A DNA stretch of 64,000 bases from Eledone cirrhosa (lineage: Eukaryota), in contig OZ024741.1 of the NCBI GenBank assembly GCA_964016885.1, positions 136,152,001-136,216,000 of the forward strand, written 5' to 3'. Of this stretch, positions 60,753 through 64,000 are shown in pieces. The notes below the pieces were generated by a model, which did not search any database, was not told the origin of the DNA, and saw only the letters and a list, made by a program, of their open reading frames with translations. The first letter of the stretch is position 1. Each line of letters opens with the position of its first letter. Made by a program: the position numbers and the translations under genes.

Positions 60753-60994
60753 TTAAAATGATTGCAAATTTATACCATGCCTTCGGATCTTTATTTTGAT
60801 ACAAATGATCCGTTTTACATCATCTAGCTGTTTCCATAAATGGAATTGGAGATATACAAAAGCGTGGATAACTTAATATTGCTAACAAAATTTATTGGAC
60901 CGTTTGACACAACCAATAATACACCTTACTGTATAACAACTATATATCTATATATATATATATATATATATGTTGTGTGTGTGTGTGTATATAT

Positions 60995-61362
60995 ATATGT
61001 ATAGGAATATCGTATTTCTAAAGAAATACGGTTTTAGGTAGCCGTAGCTATGTAAACACCGGGGGGGGGGGAGCTAACGCCCTCTGTTTGTGTCCAGCAG
61101 AAGCAAGGGGGACAATCGTCTATGCATTTCAGGCTTGACTGGCCTTCGTCAGGACTGTCCCTCCAACCGCCTGCTAGTGCTGGACTTGAAAACAGTCGAG
61201 AATATATAGTTTTCTGGTCTGTTTAAATGAGGTGATTAAACTCATTTGCATATGAAGCTGCTTCTGCTGGACACCACCAGAGGGCGTTACCCCCTCGGTG
61301 TTTGCATAGCTACGACTTCCTAAAACCGCATTTCTTTAGAAATACGAAATTTCTATACATAT
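60995..61362. mobile_element. Fold-back/MITE-like element with ~105-bp imperfect TIRs enclosing a hammerhead
   Basis: 60995-61105 (TCGTATTTCTAAAGAAAT...TGTCCAGCAGAAGCA) is the reverse complement of 61259-61362. Confidence 0.85.
61118..61155 (-). ncRNA. Minimal type-I hammerhead ribozyme motif
   Basis: Minus strand: GUC CUGACGA AGGC-CAGUCAA-GCCU GAAA UGCA UA GAC; palindromic stem III AUGCAU. Confidence 0.78.
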
Positions 61363-61529
61363 TGTATAAAGCTATGCTTGAAGCGAAATCTTATTTGTAT
61401 GTATATATATATATATATGGTGGCTGCCAACTCGTTTTCGAGTACGGCCACTACTTTATATCCATGTAGGAGAACCCCTACCGATGCGCTGAACGAGTGT
61501 GACTTTTTAGTCCAGCCAGCGACTTGAAA

Positions 61530-62144
61530 ACTCCGGTACAAACACTACACTTGTGACAATTACTGACACATAGTGCTGGGCCCATGGTACCATGTAACAA
61601 GAGCAGAGAGATCTCCAGATATAAAGCAATGCCTGTGCCGTGAAGCTTTTATAGTGAGCAAAGGCACTGCACAAAGCCAGTCCCACTCTCTTAACCAAGA
61701 AGATATTTACCAAAAAGAAGAACAAGTCAACATCATTGGATACCATCAGGGTTGCAGGTGTTATATCAGAGTTTTCCTTCTCCTAGAATTCTGCCTTGAC
61801 AAAGGCTAAGGGGTCATCTCTCCCAATATATATATATATATATATATACTCTGGTACAAACACTACACTTGTGACAATTATTGACACATAGTGCTGGGCC
61901 CATTGTACCATGTAACAACAAGAGCAAAGAGATCTCCAGATATAAAGCAATGCCTGTGCCGTGAAGCTTTTATAGTGAGCAAAGGCACTGCACAAAGCCA
62001 GTCCCACTCTCTTAACCAAGATGATATTTACCAAAAAGAAGAACAAGTCAACATCATTGGATACCATCAGGGTTGCAGGTGTTATATCAGAGTTTTCCTT
62101 CTCCTAGAATTCTGCCCTGACAAAGGCTAAGGGGTCATCTCTCC
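61530..62144. repeat. Near-identical ~295-bp direct duplication separated by a short (TA)n run
   Basis: 61530-61823 and 61848-62144 differ by only a few substitutions and a 3-bp indel. Confidence 0.95.
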
Positions 62145-62337
62145 CGGTGATTTTGGATGGCCATTGGCTCTTAAGAGCTCCTTTGACAGGTTTTGTTTTT
62201 AGTCCTGCAGGATGTCCAAAGTCACCCTCCTCACCAAGAAACCTTGGTGGGGTTGCCAGTTTAGTCGCCAACGACCCGACCATGAGACAGGTTGTACTGG
62301 GATACATGTTACCAGTAGCACCAACTGGTGACCTGAC
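61848..62337 (-). mobile_element. Probable 5' UTR of an RTE-like LINE
   Basis: The minus strand contains GGCGACTAAACTGGCAACCCC...CTAGGAGAAGGAAAACTCTGA, a motif I associate with RTE 5' regions. No ORF follows. Confidence 0.4.
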
Positions 62338-62390
62338 ATATATATACATATATATACATACATACATACATACATATATATATATAAAAA

Positions 62391-62425
<35 letters not shown>

Positions 62426-62484
62426 TGTATATATAGAATAGAATGAAACGAAATTTCGTTTCTCACTCTTAGTACGGCACTTAC

Positions 62485-62900
62485 TTAAATGCAAGTATGT
62501 ATGTATACGTACATACATATATGTATACAGGCGTACAGTAGTATGTATATATATACATACATGCACACATATATATATATGCATGTATCGGTTTACCGAA
62601 CATTTATTATAATGCTCGGTTTGTTTGTTTGTAGACAAACAAACAGCCCGAATTACGCCGTACAGTGTTTAGGCAACCACGTCACCTTTTTGTTCGACAC
62701 TGACACAGGAACGATGTCCTCCAAGTATTATGTATACAGACGTACAGTAGTATGTATATATATACATACATGCACACATATATATATGCATGTATTGGTA
62801 AACCAATACGTGCATATATATATATATGTGCATGTATGTATATATATACATACTACTGTACGTCTGTATACATATATGTATGTACATATACATACATACA
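62485..62900. mobile_element. MITE-like element with microsatellite-mimicking TIRs and an internal hairpin
   Basis: 62490-62597 is the reverse complement of ~62797-62900. An extra TIR copy at 62729-62798 forms a palindrome centred on TTGGTAAACCAA. Confidence 0.75.
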
Positions 62901-63003
62901 TAGTTGCATTGATGTATATATAGATATATATATATTATATGTCCCAAGGCTCTGATACCATCAACACCATAAACACAGAGCTAGCATATCTAAGAACTGA
63001 CTA

Positions 63004-63059
63004 ACTGTCTGATGAGATCATAGCCATTCAATGGCTATCATCGAAATATATATAGCAGT
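63004..63059 (+). ncRNA. Type-I hammerhead ribozyme motif
   Basis: ACUGU CUGAUGA GAUCAUAGCCAU-UCA-AUGGCUAUCAUC GAAA UAUAUAUA GCAGU, then AAUAAA and (TA)n ~40 nt later. Stem II covaries with the 44951 copy. Confidence 0.82.
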
Positions 63060-64000
63060 AAATAAAGGATTATGAGTTTATGCAATTGACTTATGTTTCG
63101 TCATTATATATATATATATATATATATATATAGATATATATATGTTGTCTGTATATATATATATATATATATAATATATATATATGCTGTGTGTGTTTAT
63201 ATATGTGTGTATGTGTAAGCAGTCCCCGAGATTCGTCTGTTCGACTTTTGCATTCAGTGCGCTTCTGAACGCACCCTATTTCATTTCCATACACTAAAAT
63301 TCAAATCACCATACATATTTACTGGATTGTATTAAACGTATGAAATTTACGCCTTCAATTCTTCCTTTTTTATCAACACTTTAAGGACACAATGACATAA
63401 AATGCATGAATAACAATATATTGTATGTAAACATTTCTTTTATATCCTGCAGCGTTGCCTAAAATAGGCTAAAATAGAATCGTAAAATGTGCTTGGTTTT
63501 TTTTTGTTCTTTTTTTTTTTAAATTAGTAAACAGAAAATCATCTACGTTTACCCGGAATATTGTCTCTATAGATTGAAATCCACGAGCAAACACAATAAT
63601 ACTGGATAGGATTTTCCGCTCATTTACCTTTGTAAACAAACCAATGCCATAACAGCTTATTCACAGCACGACGCCATTATACAAAGCAGCGTTTGAAGAT
63701 CTTTTTTTAGCATTTGGGAATTTTTGTGATACAAGCCCCTAACAAAAATGAGTAAAAATATATATAAAATGAGGTTTATTTGAATGGGGAAAAGTATAGG
63801 CCCATAAAACCAATAGAATAAATTTAACAAAGAATATTATTCACGGTACAGAGACTGACAAATATGGTGGCATTAAATATGAACAAATCAACTGTCTTCG
63901 ATTACAAAGGAGAAACACAAAAATAAAGAACAGGTACGTTATGTAGACAATATGTTGGTGACAATTTTCTTAAAAACGAAAAGCACACGAAACCTATAGA

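Larger units (their letters stand above)
58779..60797. mobile_element. 2.0-kb element bounded by ~170-bp inverted repeats, each containing a hammerhead
   Basis: 58779-58947 is the reverse complement of 60629-60797 with few mismatches; the match resumes at 59016-59030 versus 60617-60631. Confidence 0.85.

Overview
AT-rich, microsatellite-saturated eukaryotic non-coding DNA. The SINE families and (TA)n/(CA)n load point to an octopod cephalopod, which is an inference. There is one 200-N assembly gap (29328-29527) and no intact host gene. Almost all ORFs in the track are (TA)n/(CA)n artefacts. Recognisable coding remnants are: a 5'-truncated Penelope-like element (RT thumb plus C-terminal GIY-YIG endonuclease, 51037-52323, minus strand, broken only by two compensating homopolymer frameshifts); an RTE-clade RT fragment; and probable L1/Tx1 remnants. 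Many tRNA-derived SINEs (CORE-, Meta- and V-domain types) and non-autonomous Helitron-like units are also present. The main signal is about 15 minimal type-I hammerhead ribozyme motifs (CUGAnGA-stemII-GAAA-stemIII-UH) from several unrelated sequence families. Most lie in short non-coding elements embedded in (TA)n tracts. They show recurring architectures: single-hammerhead monomers with short terminal redundancy (518 and 672 nt periods); fold-back elements with a hammerhead on each strand (a 184-bp-arm palindrome and a 2-kb element with inverted ends); a TIR element enclosing a hammerhead; and hammerheads whose stem III is itself (UA)4. Together they suggest a (TA)n-targeted, ribozyme-bearing retrozyme/Penelope-parasite system. 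All ribozyme calls are manual motif and pairing calls; none was folded computationally or tested.
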